Source: a bacterium (GTDB taxonomy: Bacteria; Krumholzibacteriota; Krumholzibacteriia; LZORAL124-64-63). From it: DNA of 64,000 nucleotides. Below are positions 1 through 11,072 of this stretch, piece after piece. Position numbers and translations under genes: made by a program. The notes under the pieces are model-generated. The model saw nothing but the letters and a program-made list of their open reading frames with translations, had not been told where the DNA came from and searched no databases. Location: assembly GCA_031441465.1 (NCBI GenBank), contig JANOEP010000046.1, forward strand, positions 69,359-133,358, in the 5' to 3' direction. Numbering within the stretch: position 1 is the first letter of the stretch; each line of letters starts with the position of its first letter.

Positions 1-1889
1 GGCAGGGGATGTTGGCCTTGATCACGCCGGTCAGCACGTCGACGCTCGGGCGCTGCGTCGCCAGCACCAGGTGGATGCCCACGGCGCGCGCCTTCTGGGC
101 GATCCGGGTGATCGGCATCTCGATCTCCTGGCCGAGCTGGATCATGAGATCCGCCAGTTCGTCGACGATGCAGACGTAGTAGGGCATCGGCTCGCTGATC
201 GCAACGCCGTCGTCGCCTGCAATCTCGCCGGCGGCCACCTTGCGGTTGTAACCCTCGATGTTGCGCACGCTGTGGCGCGAGAGGCGCCGGTAGCGGTGGT
301 CCATCTGGGCTTCCATCCACTTCAGCGCCCGCAGCGCGTCCTTGGGGTCGGTCACCACCGGCAGCAGCAGGTGCGGGATGTCGTTGTAGACGTTCAGCTC
401 CAGCATCTTGGGATCGATCAGCAGCAGCCGGACCAGGGAGGGGTCGCAGCGCAGCAGCAGCGAGCTGATCATGGCGTTGACGCAGACGCTCTTGCCGCTG
501 CCGGTCGAGCCGGCCACCAGCAGGTGGGGCTGCTCGGCGAGGTCGATCGTCACCGCCTCGCCGAAGACGTCGCGGCCCAGCACCACGCTCAGCGGGGTGC
601 GCATGCGGTCGGCGGCCTGGACGAAGACCTCCTTCATCGAGACGATCTGCTGCGTCGGGTTGGGGATCTCGATGCCGACGGCCGCCTTGCCGGGGATGGG
701 AGCCTCCATGCGGATGGAGCGGGCCTTCATCGCCAGGGCGAGGTCGTCGGAACGCTGCACGATGGCGTTGACCTTGATCCCGGACGCCGGCTGGTACTCG
801 TAGGTGGTCACCACGGGGCCGGGCCGGACGTCCTTGACCGCGCCCTCGACGCCGAACGAGCGCAGCGTCTCCTCGAGCAGGTCGGCCGCGGCGTGCAGCA
901 ATTCCGCGGAAACGGCCACGCGGTCGGTCGGCGGTTCGCGCAGCACCGAGAGGTCGGGCAGCGGCAGCGGCACCGCCGGATCCACCAGTCCCGAGGTGAC
1001 TTCGGCGAATCCCTCGGCAGAGCCGGCGGCCGAGGCGCGGCGGCCCGCCACCGGCGGTCCGTCATCTTCGTCGAAATCCCTCGCCGAGGCGCGGTCGTGG
1101 TCGGGCGGGGCGTGCACGACGCGCGGGGTTGCGGCGGCCGGGGCCGGTTCCGCACGGGAACGGGCGGGCGCGACGGCCGACGCCACGGCCGCGGGCTTCA
1201 CGACGCGCCGTTCGGCCTCGTCCCTGGCCGTCGCGGCCGCGCCGCGCCAGGTCCGGGCGATCCCGCGCACCAGACGCCACGGCAACATCAGAACCCAGAG
1301 CAACGCGCGCCAGGCGGCCACCAGTCCCGTGCCCAGCGCCTCTCCCCAGGGTCCCAAGCGGCCGAGGAAGGCCGGCAACCAGGGGTGCGTGGCGCGCAGC
1401 ACGGCGGTCAACAGCAGGAACGACAGGAAGATGCCGGCGCCCCAGCGTCCGAAGAGGGCGCCGAATCCGCGCGCGAGGCCGTAACCGGGAGCCCCGCCCC
1501 ACGCCGCGGCCGGCGCCGCTTCCAGCGGCCAGCCGGATTGCCCCAGCCAGGCGACCGAGGCAAGGCACAGCGGGATCAACCGGCTGCCCAAGTACAGTCG
1601 AGGCGCCTCACCGCGCGCCAGCAGGACCAGGCCGCGGATCGCCAGCAGCAACGGCAGGGCCCAGCACCAGAGCGCGCCCAGACCGGCGCGCAGCGCCAGC
1701 GCGACCAGGGCGCCGACCGGACCGCCGGGGTTGCCCTGGGGCATCAATTCGGAGCCGGGATCGCCGTTCGCCAGGGACCACCAAGAGGCGGCCGGGCCGC
1801 TGAGCGCGAGCGCCGCGTAGACGGCCAGCACCACGTGCAGCAGGCCGCCGAGCCGCGGGGACCGCCACCAGCTTGCGGCGTTGGTCTGG

Positions 1890-1912
<23 letters not shown>
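1..1912 (-). CDS. ftsK: DNA translocase FtsK/SpoIIIE; only the 5' part of the gene is in the window (protein C-terminus lies beyond the left edge)
   Basis: Minus-strand translation gives N-terminal TM helices ([16 protein letters not shown]...), a Walker A motif (GSTGSGKS) and the FtsK motor motifs VDELADLM and [13 protein letters not shown] before running off position 1. The ORF is absent from the track because it has no in-window stop. The track's 71..1933 + ORF is its antisense. The GTG start near 1912 is approximate and overlaps the accC stop. Confidence 0.8.
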
Positions 1913-3275
<1,363 letters not shown>

Positions 3276-3387
3276 CCGCGTCTCTCCTGTCGTGGCTCGG
3301 TACGGGAACGGCGGCGGCGGCGGCCGCTGCCGCCGGACGATTGTCCGGCCGGCGCCGGAAAATGGCAAGCCTGGAAGCGGGACGGGA

Positions 3388-3418
3388 GCGGCGCGCGCCC
3401 CCCGGGGACGCGCGCCGC
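3388..3418 (-). promoter_or_regulatory. GC-rich stem-loop in the 156-nt accB-accC intercistronic spacer (possible attenuator or processing/stability element)
   Basis: Perfect inverted repeat GCGGCGCGCG...CGCGCGCCGC with an inner CCCC/GGGG pair (about a 14-bp stem). It sits directly after the accB stop and is followed by a pyrimidine-rich tract without a clean U-run. Confidence 0.35.
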
Positions 3419-3432
3419 GGCTGGACGACGGT

Positions 3433-3897
3433 TCAGGCGGGATCCACGAGGAACAGGATCGCCTCGGCTTCCACCGGCGTGGCGTTCTCGACCAGGATCT
3501 CTTTGATGACCCCGCCGAATTCGGCCTCGATCTCGTTCATGACCTTCATGGCTTCGATGATGCACAAGGTCTGGCCCGGCTTGATGGTGTCACCCGTGTT
3601 GACGAAGTTCGGCACGTCCGGCGCGGGACCCCGGTACAGCGTGCCGACGATGGGCGAGCGGATCTCGCGCCACTTCGCCCGTTCGGGGTTGGCCGCGGGA
3701 GCGGCGGGCGCCGCCGTCGCGGAGGCGGCGACCGGCGCGGCCGCCGCCGGGGGCAACGTGGCGGCGTAGGCCAGGTGGGCCGACGGCGCGGCGTGCTTCT
3801 GGATGCGGATGGTGGTGTCCTTGTCGATCACTTCGAGTTCGTCGATGCGGCTGTCCTCGACCAGCTTGACAAGCTCGCGCACCTTGCTGAGATCCAT
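3433..3897 (-). CDS. accB: Biotin carboxyl carrier protein of acetyl-CoA carboxylase
   Basis: The C-terminus carries the biotinyl-lysine motif [12 protein letters not shown], preceded by an Ala/Pro-rich linker. A GGAAGGGGAGA Shine-Dalgarno sequence precedes the ATG. Confidence 0.93.
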   Translation of the reverse strand: MDLSKVRELVKLVEDSRIDELEVIDKDTTIRIQKHAAPSAHLAYAATLPPAAAAPVAASATAAPAAPAANPERAKWREIRSPIVGTLYRGPAPDVPNFVNTGDTIKPGQTLCIIEAMKVMNEIEAEFGGVIKEILVENATPVEAEAILFLVDPA

Positions 3898-3921
3898 GGT
3901 CTCCCCTTCCGGCCGGAGGCG

Positions 3922-4479
3922 TCAGACGCGCCCCAGGTACTTGCCCGTGCGGGTGTCGATCTTGAGGACCTCGCCCTCCTCGATGAACAGCGGCACCTGG
4001 ACGACGAGCCCCGTCTCCAGGGTCGCCGGCTTGGAGGCGCCCTGGGCGGTGTCGCCACGCAGACCGGGATCGGTCTGGGCCACCTTCAGCTCGACGGTGT
4101 TGGGCGCCTCGACGGTCACCGGCACGCCGTCGCGCAGGAGCATGTTGACCGTCTCGCTCTCCTTGACGTACTTGGCCACATCGCCCAGCGTGTCCCGGGG
4201 CAGCGAGATCTGCTCGTAGGTCTCGAGGTTCATGAAGGTCAGAAAATCGCCGTCCACGTAGAGGAACTGGAAGTCGCGACGCTCGAGCCGGACCTCCTCG
4301 AACTTCTCCCCGGAACGGAACGTGTCCTCGACGACCTTCCCGGTGGAAACGTTCTTCAGCTTCGTGCGCACGAAGGCCGAGCCCTTGCCCGGCTTGACGT
4401 GCTGGAAATCGACGATGGCCCAGAGACTGTTCTTGTAGTTCAGGACCATGCCGTTGCGAAAATCGCTCGTGTCAGCCAA
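3922..4479 (-). CDS. efp: Elongation factor P
   Basis: The translation ...NGMVLNYKNSLWAIVDFQHVKPGKGSAFVRTKLKN... aligns with EF-P, including the modified-Lys loop KPGKG. I moved the start to an in-frame TTG 5 nt after a GGAGAGG Shine-Dalgarno sequence; the track ORF begins 28 codons upstream with no homology. Confidence 0.9.
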   Translation of the reverse strand: MADTSDFRNGMVLNYKNSLWAIVDFQHVKPGKGSAFVRTKLKNVSTGKVVEDTFRSGEKFEEVRLERRDFQFLYVDGDFLTFMNLETYEQISLPRDTLGDVAKYVKESETVNMLLRDGVPVTVEAPNTVELKVAQTDPGLRGDTAQGASKPATLETGLVVQVPLFIEEGEVLKIDTRTGKYLGRV

Positions 4480-4563
4480 CTCGGCCTCTCCTGTGCGAGT
4501 GACGCCCTGCCGGGCAGCGTGAAAATGCCCACTATTGATAACATCTGTTCCGCGAGATGGCAA

Positions 4564-5016
4564 TCAGGCGTTGCCGTCTCCCAGCAGCCCCTTCACGCCC
4601 CGCAGGGCAAGGCGGTAGCTGTCGACGCCGAAACCGCAGATCGAAGCCCTGACGACGTCCCGCAGCAGGTTCTGCCGGCGGAACGGCTCGCGGGCGTCGG
4701 GATTGGAAAGGTGGACTTCGACCACGGGCGTCGCCACGCAGAGCAGCGCGTCGCGCACCGCCACCGAGGTGTGGGTGTAGGCGGCGGCGTTGACCACCAG
4801 CGCCGCGGCCTCGTTCCCCCAGTGATGGATCAGGGTCACGAGTTCGCCCTCGACCTCGGTCTGGTGGCAGACGACGCGCAGCCCCAGCGCGGCACCTTCG
4901 GCCACACAGACGGCGTCGAGCTGCGCCAAGGTGAGCGCGGGGTAATGCTCGGCCTCGCGACGGCCGAGCTGGCTCAGGTTCGGCCCGTTCAGGACCGCGA
5001 CCAGGGGTGCGGTCAC
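4564..5016 (-). CDS. aroQ: 3-dehydroquinate dehydratase, type II
   Basis: VAVLNGPNLSQLGRREAEHYP...HLSNPDAREPFR matches type II DHQase. Its GTG start overlaps the upstream stop by 4 nt (GTGA). Confidence 0.9.
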   Translation of the reverse strand: MTAPLVAVLNGPNLSQLGRREAEHYPALTLAQLDAVCVAEGAALGLRVVCHQTEVEGELVTLIHHWGNEAAALVVNAAAYTHTSVAVRDALLCVATPVVEVHLSNPDAREPFRRQNLLRDVVRASICGFGVDSYRLALRGVKGLLGDGNA

Positions 5017-5855
5017 GCCGGGCCGCCCTGCTGCCGGTCGATCCAGGCTTCGAAGCGGGCGCGGTTGTGGTCGGCCGGCGGTGAGCCGGCGACGGGAGCC
5101 GCCGGTTCCGGCGCCGCGGCGCCGGCGGGGACGCCCCCTGCCGCTCCCGGCGCACAGGGCGTCGCGTCCGCCGTCGCGTCGACCGCTTCCAGGCTGGCGA
5201 TTTCACGGGCCACGTCGGCGCGCTCCGGGTGCTCGGCCAGCAGCCGGCGCAGGATCGCGAGCGCCTTCTGACGGTGTCCCTGGGCCAGATAGATCTCGGC
5301 CAGGGTCTGGGTCAGGAATCGCGGCGCCGGGCCGATGTCCGCGACGGGTGGGGACGCCGCCACCGCCGGCGCGGTCTCGGCTGGCGGCGCCCACGGCTGA
5401 TCGGCCCCGGCCGCCGGTTCGTCGTCGGTCGCCGCATCGGCCGGGATCATGTCTTCCTGGATCGCAGCTACCGGGAACACTTCCGTCGGGCCACCACCGA
5501 CCGGCACGTCGACGAATGTCGCCGTTGCGGCCGCGATCCCGGCGGGCGCCGCCGGTTCGCGATCCGGCAGGGCCAGCAACTGTGGCGCTTCACGGTGGCC
5601 GGCATCGCGATCGAGCACCGCGCGGGCCAGGTCGCGCGCCTCGGCCGGTCGTCCTTGATCACGGCGGACGCGGGCTAGGACGACCCGGGCCGACAGGGAG
5701 TCGGCGCACCGTTCGAGCCCCTCCTCGAGCAGGGCCGAGGCGGCTTCCAGCCGGCCTTCCGCCCGGTAGAGTTCGGCCAGAGGGATGAAGAACCGGTCGC
5801 GCGGCCGGCGGTCCTGCTGCATCTCGAAGTAGCGGATCATGCGATCGTGGGTCAC
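5013..5855 (-). CDS. Tetratricopeptide-repeat protein
   Basis: TPR-like helical repeats at both ends (LAELYRAEGRLEAASALLEEGLE..., LAEIYLAQGHRQKALAILRRLL) flank an Ala/Pro-rich linker. I chose a GTG start with a GAAGGAAA Shine-Dalgarno sequence; the track ORF starts at a TTG 6 codons upstream. Confidence 0.6.
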   Translation of the reverse strand: MTHDRMIRYFEMQQDRRPRDRFFIPLAELYRAEGRLEAASALLEEGLERCADSLSARVVLARVRRDQGRPAEARDLARAVLDRDAGHREAPQLLALPDREPAAPAGIAAATATFVDVPVGGGPTEVFPVAAIQEDMIPADAATDDEPAAGADQPWAPPAETAPAVAASPPVADIGPAPRFLTQTLAEIYLAQGHRQKALAILRRLLAEHPERADVAREIASLEAVDATADATPCAPGAAGGVPAGAAAPEPAAPVAGSPPADHNRARFEAWIDRQQGGPA

Positions 5856-5939
5856 GCCGTTTCCTTCAACCAACTGGTGATCGTCGCTGCAACGAGCGTG
5901 TCGGTCGCGACCCGCGGCGGGCCCGCTGGCCGACGGTTC

Positions 5940-5968
5940 AGTCTAGGCACTCGCATGGTCCGCCGTCA
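5940..5968 (-). promoter_or_regulatory. Putative sigma70-type promoter of the TPR-aroQ-efp-accBC transcription unit
   Basis: Minus strand reads TTGACG, a 17-nt spacer, then TAGACT, about 70 nt upstream of the TPR gene start. Confidence 0.4.
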
Positions 5969-5987
5969 AGCCGCCTGCGGGAATCGT

Positions 5988-6680
5988 TCACAAGATACCC
6001 AACCAGGGCCCCAACAGTTCCTGGAACCTGCCGACCAGCAGCGCCACGCGCCCCATGACGGCCGAACCGAAGGAGGCGCCGAAGGTGATCATCAGCACCA
6101 GCAGGCCCCAGCGGGCCACCCGCCCGTAGGCGCCCTTCTGTTCGCGCGTGTTGACGAAATAGACCAGGCCGCTGACCGTGCCGGCCAGCACCAGCAACTG
6201 GGCCAGGCTCTCCTGCCAGAGCCAGCGGCCGGCCGCCGTCGGGGCCAGCCCCGCGCCGATGGTCGCCTGGATCTGGTAGAGGAAGTCCGAACGCAGGTAA
6301 CGGACCAGCGAATAGCCGGCGGTGGTGCCGAGGGCGAACGCGGTGGGCCACTTGCCGAGCCAGGACAACCGCGGCCACAACCGCGCCAGCATCAGCAGAC
6401 CCAGCGCCGCGGGGATCAGGGCCACGGGGTCCCAGGCGCCCACCGGCGCCTCGGGGCTGGACCAGCGGCCAGCGGCCGGGAAGAGCTTCAACACGAGGGC
6501 GGGCCACAGGGTCGTCCAGAAGCCCATCACCATCCAGTAGGCCGCCGACACGCCGACGAACACGTGCTCGGCGAACTTGTAGAACGGGTTGTCCCGCCAC
6601 AGGAAGGAGAAGACCATCAGGGTCAGCAGCGCGCCGATCCAGACCTGCAAGTCCCCGCTGAGGTGGATCGCGGCGATCAC
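5988..6680 (-). CDS. Uncharacterised polytopic membrane protein (~230 aa, about 6 predicted TM helices)
   Basis: Hydrophobic translation (VIAAIHLSGDLQVWIGALLTLMVFSFLWRDNPFYKF...LLVLMITFGASFGSAVMGRV). A GTG start with a GGAGGA Shine-Dalgarno sequence overlaps the upstream stop (GTGA). The rest of the 524-aa track ORF is out-of-frame antisense. Confidence 0.65.
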   Translation of the reverse strand: MIAAIHLSGDLQVWIGALLTLMVFSFLWRDNPFYKFAEHVFVGVSAAYWMVMGFWTTLWPALVLKLFPAAGRWSSPEAPVGAWDPVALIPAALGLLMLARLWPRLSWLGKWPTAFALGTTAGYSLVRYLRSDFLYQIQATIGAGLAPTAAGRWLWQESLAQLLVLAGTVSGLVYFVNTREQKGAYGRVARWGLLVLMITFGASFGSAVMGRVALLVGRFQELLGPWLGIL

Positions 6681-7552
6681 GGCGTCCTCCGGCGCGCGAG
6701 GCGGCGCAGCAGCAGACCCGCGTTGCCCAGCAGGATGAAGGCGACGATCACCAGGTGCGCCGCCGACTGGGGGCCCATCCCGCGGGTGGCCTGCTGATTG
6801 GCGGCCACGAACTCGGGATGGCCCCGGGCGAGCGCGCCCTCGTACTCGGCCGCCCCCTTCAAGGCGCTCATCAGGCCGAGGATCTGCAACGGGTAGTAGG
6901 GGAAGAACTGCGGGGCGCCCACGCCGGTACAACCGCCGGCGAGCGGCACGTCCAGCACATCGCCGGCGTAGAGGATCCACTCCTTGAGACCCGGCTGCCC
7001 CGCCGAAAGGCTGACGATCAGGCCGAAGTCGGCCAGGCCGCGCACGCCGCGCAGCGCGGCGATCTGCCGCAGCGGCCGGCCGGCGACGTCCGTGGGGTAG
7101 CGCGCGGTCAGCGAATCGCGCAGGCTGTTGATGAGCATCTCCCCGCCGACCTGGAAGCCGAGCGAGACCCAGTCGCGGCCGGGGGCGGCCTGCGGGAATT
7201 CCCGCGCGATGACGCGCTCCTCCACGCGCGAGATCATGTTGTTGCCCGTGGGGTACAGCGACATGTAGCAGATCGGGTGGCCGGTCAGCAGCGCGTGCTG
7301 GGTCAAGGCGTCGGCCATGGGCTCGAGTTCCGGGGCGGAGCTGGGCGAGTAGTCCAGCGACAACAGGATCGGCGCTCCGGCCGGCAGGTTTTCGATGCGG
7401 TCGTAGATCGGCTGAACGACGGAGGTGGCCCGATCGGGCGTGCTCACGCCGGTGAGCAGCGACACCACGACGACCGCGGCCAGCACCAGGAAGATCCAGC
7501 GCCGGTCCAGGGACTCCAGCCGCGAGGCGAGCCGATCGTACCGGTGGATCAC
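6677..7552 (-). CDS. Uncharacterised bitopic membrane protein (N-terminal and C-terminal TM anchors around a ~200-aa extracytoplasmic domain)
   Basis: MIHRYDRL...RRWIFLVLAAVVVVSLLTG (TM), a soluble domain, then ...AAHLVIVAFILLGNAGLLL (TM). Both ends of the gene are 4-nt GTGA overlaps. Confidence 0.7.
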   Translation of the reverse strand: MIHRYDRLASRLESLDRRWIFLVLAAVVVVSLLTGVSTPDRATSVVQPIYDRIENLPAGAPILLSLDYSPSSAPELEPMADALTQHALLTGHPICYMSLYPTGNNMISRVEERVIAREFPQAAPGRDWVSLGFQVGGEMLINSLRDSLTARYPTDVAGRPLRQIAALRGVRGLADFGLIVSLSAGQPGLKEWILYAGDVLDVPLAGGCTGVGAPQFFPYYPLQILGLMSALKGAAEYEGALARGHPEFVAANQQATRGMGPQSAAHLVIVAFILLGNAGLLLRRLARRRTP

Positions 7553-8274
7553 GACCCGTCACCTCCGGAGCGGGGGTCCTTCTCCAGGCCGGCGATCATG
7601 CGCACCGCCAGGGCGATGACGCCCAGGGCGATCCCGATCATCAGGGCCCGCTGCCCGGCGGTGTTGGGCACGCGCAGGATCCAGAGGGACAGTTCCTCGA
7701 CCCGCAGGAAGGCGACGGGCTCCGGGATCCAGGCCGTCAGGTAGCGCCCGGCGGGGATGCGGCCGAGCAGGACCACCAGGGCCGAGGCCAGCAGCAGGGT
7801 CGACTCGAGGGACCGCGCGCGGAAGGCGCGGTACGAGGCCGACGCGATGTAGAAGGCCAGCAGGCTGTAGAGCGTCGCGTGCAGCGGGCTGAGCACCGCA
7901 TCGAACACCGTGCTCAGCCAGCTGCCGGGCGCGGTGACGTCGCCCTGCAGGCCGGGCGGGCCGCCCAGCTTGGCCATGCCGACCACCAGCACGATCACGA
8001 ACGAGACCAGGGTGACGAGGGAGTAGTAGCGGTCCGGACCGCGGTCCCTGATCTTCACCAGGTGCGTCGCGACGAGGTTCAAGCCGCCGAGCAGGAAAGC
8101 GAAGACCGTCAGGATGCTGAACCAGGTGGCGAACTCCTGGTCGGCGAAAGCCAGCATCCGCTGCACGTAGGGCGCGTTCCCGTCCTCGGGACGGGCGATG
8201 AAAGCCGAGATGATCAGCAGCACCGCCGTGACGGACAGGATGATCTGCGGCACGCGCTGCTTCACGGGGCTCAC
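7549..8274 (-). CDS. Uncharacterised polytopic membrane protein (~241 aa)
   Basis: VSPVKQRVPQIILSVTAVLLIISAFIA... with several TM segments. The GTG start overlaps the upstream stop (GTGA). Confidence 0.65.
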   Translation of the reverse strand: MSPVKQRVPQIILSVTAVLLIISAFIARPEDGNAPYVQRMLAFADQEFATWFSILTVFAFLLGGLNLVATHLVKIRDRGPDRYYSLVTLVSFVIVLVVGMAKLGGPPGLQGDVTAPGSWLSTVFDAVLSPLHATLYSLLAFYIASASYRAFRARSLESTLLLASALVVLLGRIPAGRYLTAWIPEPVAFLRVEELSLWILRVPNTAGQRALMIGIALGVIALAVRMIAGLEKDPRSGGDGS

Positions 8275-9083
8275 CCCGCCCGGAAGACGTTGAGGAAGGC
8301 GTCGCGCAGGAACGTCCAAGGCGCCGCCCCGGTCACGTCCGCCACGGTCACCACCAGGCTGCCCGCGACGAGGCAGACCGCGGCCGCGAGTTTGCAGAGA
8401 TCCTGGCCGCGCAGGCTGCCGAGCCGGGCGGCGTCGCCCTCCAGGGAAGCGGCCGCGGCGAAGAGTTCCTCGCCGAGCAGCACGTGATCGCACGACGCCA
8501 CCAGGAAGGGCAGCTGGACCGCGCTGGCGGTGCCCGCGATCTGGACCGCTCCGACCTGGTGCCCACCTTCGGCCAGCAGCAGCGATTCCGAGGCGAAGAA
8601 GCCCATCAGGACGCAGAGGCCAGGGCGCTCGCGGGCGATGAGCCCGTCCACCCGCGCCACGAAACCGAGGTGGTCGTCCGAGATGTAGGCCACCCAGTCG
8701 TCGCGCCAGAGATCGGCGCGGCCGGCGTCGGCGTAGGCGAGGCGGCAGATCTCACGCGCGTTGTCCATGACCAGGCTGCGGTTGGTCGGGACGAACAGGC
8801 GGCCGCCGGCTTCGGCGACCTTGCGCGCGAGCGGCCGCAGCACGGCCAGCGCCGCGACCGTCTGCATGTTGTCGAGATCCTGGGAGCCGGCGACGAAGTA
8901 GACGGGCCGTCCGGCGGCGACGGCGTCGGCGACGGCGCGGTCGAGGGCGAGCAGAGGCGGCAGGGCGCGCACCGACACCGTGGCGCCGCGGCGGGCCCGC
9001 AGGACCGAGAACCCGATCAGGGCGCACACGAACGCGCCGACCAGGGCGACGTTCCAGGTCCCGGGTGCGAGCCAGCCGCTCAC
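8271..9083 (-). CDS. Uncharacterised protein with an N-terminal TM anchor and a ~230-aa soluble domain
   Basis: VSGWLAPGTWNVALVGAFVCALIGFSVL (TM) followed by a soluble region. The GTG start overlaps the stop of the 97-aa gene (GTGA); the stop overlaps the next start. Confidence 0.6.
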   Translation of the reverse strand: MSGWLAPGTWNVALVGAFVCALIGFSVLRARRGATVSVRALPPLLALDRAVADAVAAGRPVYFVAGSQDLDNMQTVAALAVLRPLARKVAEAGGRLFVPTNRSLVMDNAREICRLAYADAGRADLWRDDWVAYISDDHLGFVARVDGLIARERPGLCVLMGFFASESLLLAEGGHQVGAVQIAGTASAVQLPFLVASCDHVLLGEELFAAAASLEGDAARLGSLRGQDLCKLAAAVCLVAGSLVVTVADVTGAAPWTFLRDAFLNVFRAG

Positions 9084-9373
9084 GGGCCCGTCTCCGGACG
9101 CGGGCCTTCCAGCAGGTCCAGCAGGCGGTCGAAGTGGCAGCGCTGCTCCAGGATGCGCGCCAGGCGCGCCGTACCGGAGCGCGGCACCACGAGATCGCAG
9201 AAGGGACTCGCGACGTGCAGGGCCTGCGAGCCCAGGAACGACAGCGGGCTGGAACTCGCGAGCCACAGCAGGGCCGGCGTCGCCAGGCCCGCGCCGCGCA
9301 CGCGCGCCGCCAGGCCGGCGAGGAACGCGTCGTCGGCGGGGTCGAGGCTCGGCGGGCGGCCGGCGTCGCTCAT
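9080..9373 (-). CDS. Small hypothetical protein (97 aa)
   Basis: No recognisable motif. I call it a gene because both ends are 4-nt overlaps: ATGA with the upstream ACAD stop and GTGA with the downstream start. Confidence 0.5.
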   Translation of the reverse strand: MSDAGRPPSLDPADDAFLAGLAARVRGAGLATPALLWLASSSPLSFLGSQALHVASPFCDLVVPRSGTARLARILEQRCHFDRLLDLLEGPRPETGP

Positions 9374-11031
9374 GTCACCTTCGCCTTCACGTGGGCGGTC
9401 ACCACCACCATGTCGTCCAGCAGCCCCTCGCTACAGGCGAGCGGATCGCTGCACGCGAGCTTGGCCAGGAACTCGCGCGGGGTCTCCCCGTCCGGCGGCA
9501 GAACGGCGACCGCACAACCGGCGGCGCAGGTCGCGGCGCCGTCGCGCACGGCCGCCAGGGCCAGGCGGGCGTTCACCCGGCTCATCACGGCGACGGCCGC
9601 CGCCTCGGCGTACCCCGCCGCGGCCAGCGCGGCCGCGCGGCGGCAGAAGGCGCCGGCCACCTCGCAGGCGGTCATCATGTCGGCCAGACGGAACAGCACC
9701 GACTGGCGGCCGTTCGTCTTGCGGGCGTGCACGAACTGGATCGTCGCGTTGAGGTCGCGGACGGCCGCGGCGGCGAGACCGGCGCCCACCTCGCCGTGGG
9801 AGACGTGGAGCGCGTCGAGGCCGGCGGCTGCTTCCTCGTACCAGGCGCCCCGGGTGCGCACGGTCGACTTCCAGCGGTACAGACCGATGATGCTCTGCTG
9901 GATCTCGCTGGTGCCTTCGTAGATCGTCGTGATGCGAACGTCGCGCTTGATCTTCTCGACCATGTACTCGCGTGCGTAGCCGTAGCCGCCCAGGGCCTGG
10001 ATGGCCGCCTCGGCCGCCCGGTTGCCGGCCTCGGTGCACCAGTACTTGGCGATCGAGCCCTCGACCTGCAGGTCGCGCTCGCCGCCGTCGAGGCGCAGGG
10101 CGATCTCCTCCACGTAGGCGCGGCCGGCGGCCAGCGCGATCCAGTGGGGCGTGATGAGCTTGCTGCTGTAGCCTTCCTTGTCGATCAGAGGCGCGCCGAA
10201 CTGGATGCGTTCGCGGGCGTAGCGCACGGCCCGGTCGAGCGCCGCCTGGCCGGCGCCCAGGCCGAACGCGCCGACCATCACCCGCGTGTAGCCGAACACG
10301 GCGTTGGCCTGTTTCAGCCCCTGGCCCTCCACGCCGCCGATCAAATGGGAGACCGGGACCTCCACGTCCTCCAGCACGACGCCGCTGGTGTCCGAGGCGC
10401 GGATGCCGTGCTTGTCCTCGTGCTTGCCGGCGCTGAGGCCGGGTGTCGCGCGCTCCACGACGAAGAACGAGGGACCATCGGGCGTCTTGGCCAGGATGGT
10501 GTACAGCTCGGCCACGCCGCCGTTGGTGATGAACTGCTTGGTGCCGTTGAGGCGGTACCCGGTGACGGCGCCGGCGGCGTCGGTCAGGCGGTCGGCGCGC
10601 GTCTGCAGCGCGGCCACGTTGCTGCCGGCGGCGGGTTCGGTCACGCCGTAGGCGACGATCAGGCCTTCGGCGGCGATGCGGCCCAGCCAGTGGTCCTTCT
10701 GCTGCGGCGTGCCGCCGACGATGATCGGGTCGGTGCCCAGGCAGATCGCCAGGAAGGCGGTCGCCACGCCCAGGTCGATGGCGGCCATCTCCTCGCTGAC
10801 GCGGCAGATGTCCAGGGCGCCGCCGCCGAGCCCGCCGACGGCCTCGGGCAGGAAGATCAGGTGCAGGCCGACGTTGGGCGAGAGCAGCTCCCTGATGAAG
10901 GCGACGGGGAACTCGTCGCGCGCATCCAGGCCGAGCAGGATGTCGTCGGGCAGGTCCCGTTGCACGACCTGGCGCAGCGTCTGGACGATCATCTCGCGCA
11001 TCTCGGGCGACAGGCCGGCGGTCTGGGTCAT
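9370..11031 (-). CDS. Acyl-CoA dehydrogenase family protein with a ~170-aa Ala-rich C-terminal extension
   Basis: ACAD fold motifs (YGVTEPAAGSN, ITNGGVAELYTILAKT, LGGYGYAREYMVEKIKRDVRITTIYEGTSEIQ), then an atypical extension. An AGGAGTGAATC Shine-Dalgarno sequence precedes the ATG. Confidence 0.85.
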   Translation of the reverse strand: MTQTAGLSPEMREMIVQTLRQVVQRDLPDDILLGLDARDEFPVAFIRELLSPNVGLHLIFLPEAVGGLGGGALDICRVSEEMAAIDLGVATAFLAICLGTDPIIVGGTPQQKDHWLGRIAAEGLIVAYGVTEPAAGSNVAALQTRADRLTDAAGAVTGYRLNGTKQFITNGGVAELYTILAKTPDGPSFFVVERATPGLSAGKHEDKHGIRASDTSGVVLEDVEVPVSHLIGGVEGQGLKQANAVFGYTRVMVGAFGLGAGQAALDRAVRYARERIQFGAPLIDKEGYSSKLITPHWIALAAGRAYVEEIALRLDGGERDLQVEGSIAKYWCTEAGNRAAEAAIQALGGYGYAREYMVEKIKRDVRITTIYEGTSEIQQSIIGLYRWKSTVRTRGAWYEEAAAGLDALHVSHGEVGAGLAAAAVRDLNATIQFVHARKTNGRQSVLFRLADMMTACEVAGAFCRRAAALAAAGYAEAAAVAVMSRVNARLALAAVRDGAATCAAGCAVAVLPPDGETPREFLAKLACSDPLACSEGLLDDMVVVTAHVKAKVT

Positions 11032-11072
11032 GATTCACTCCTGATGAACGGTGGCGGATGGTGGCGACGGTC

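Noticed and set aside
9431-11038. 535-aa minus-strand ORF in another frame over the ACAD gene
   Set aside because: Its Arg/Pro/Gly-rich translation has no fold motifs, whereas the overlapping frame carries the complete ACAD signature.
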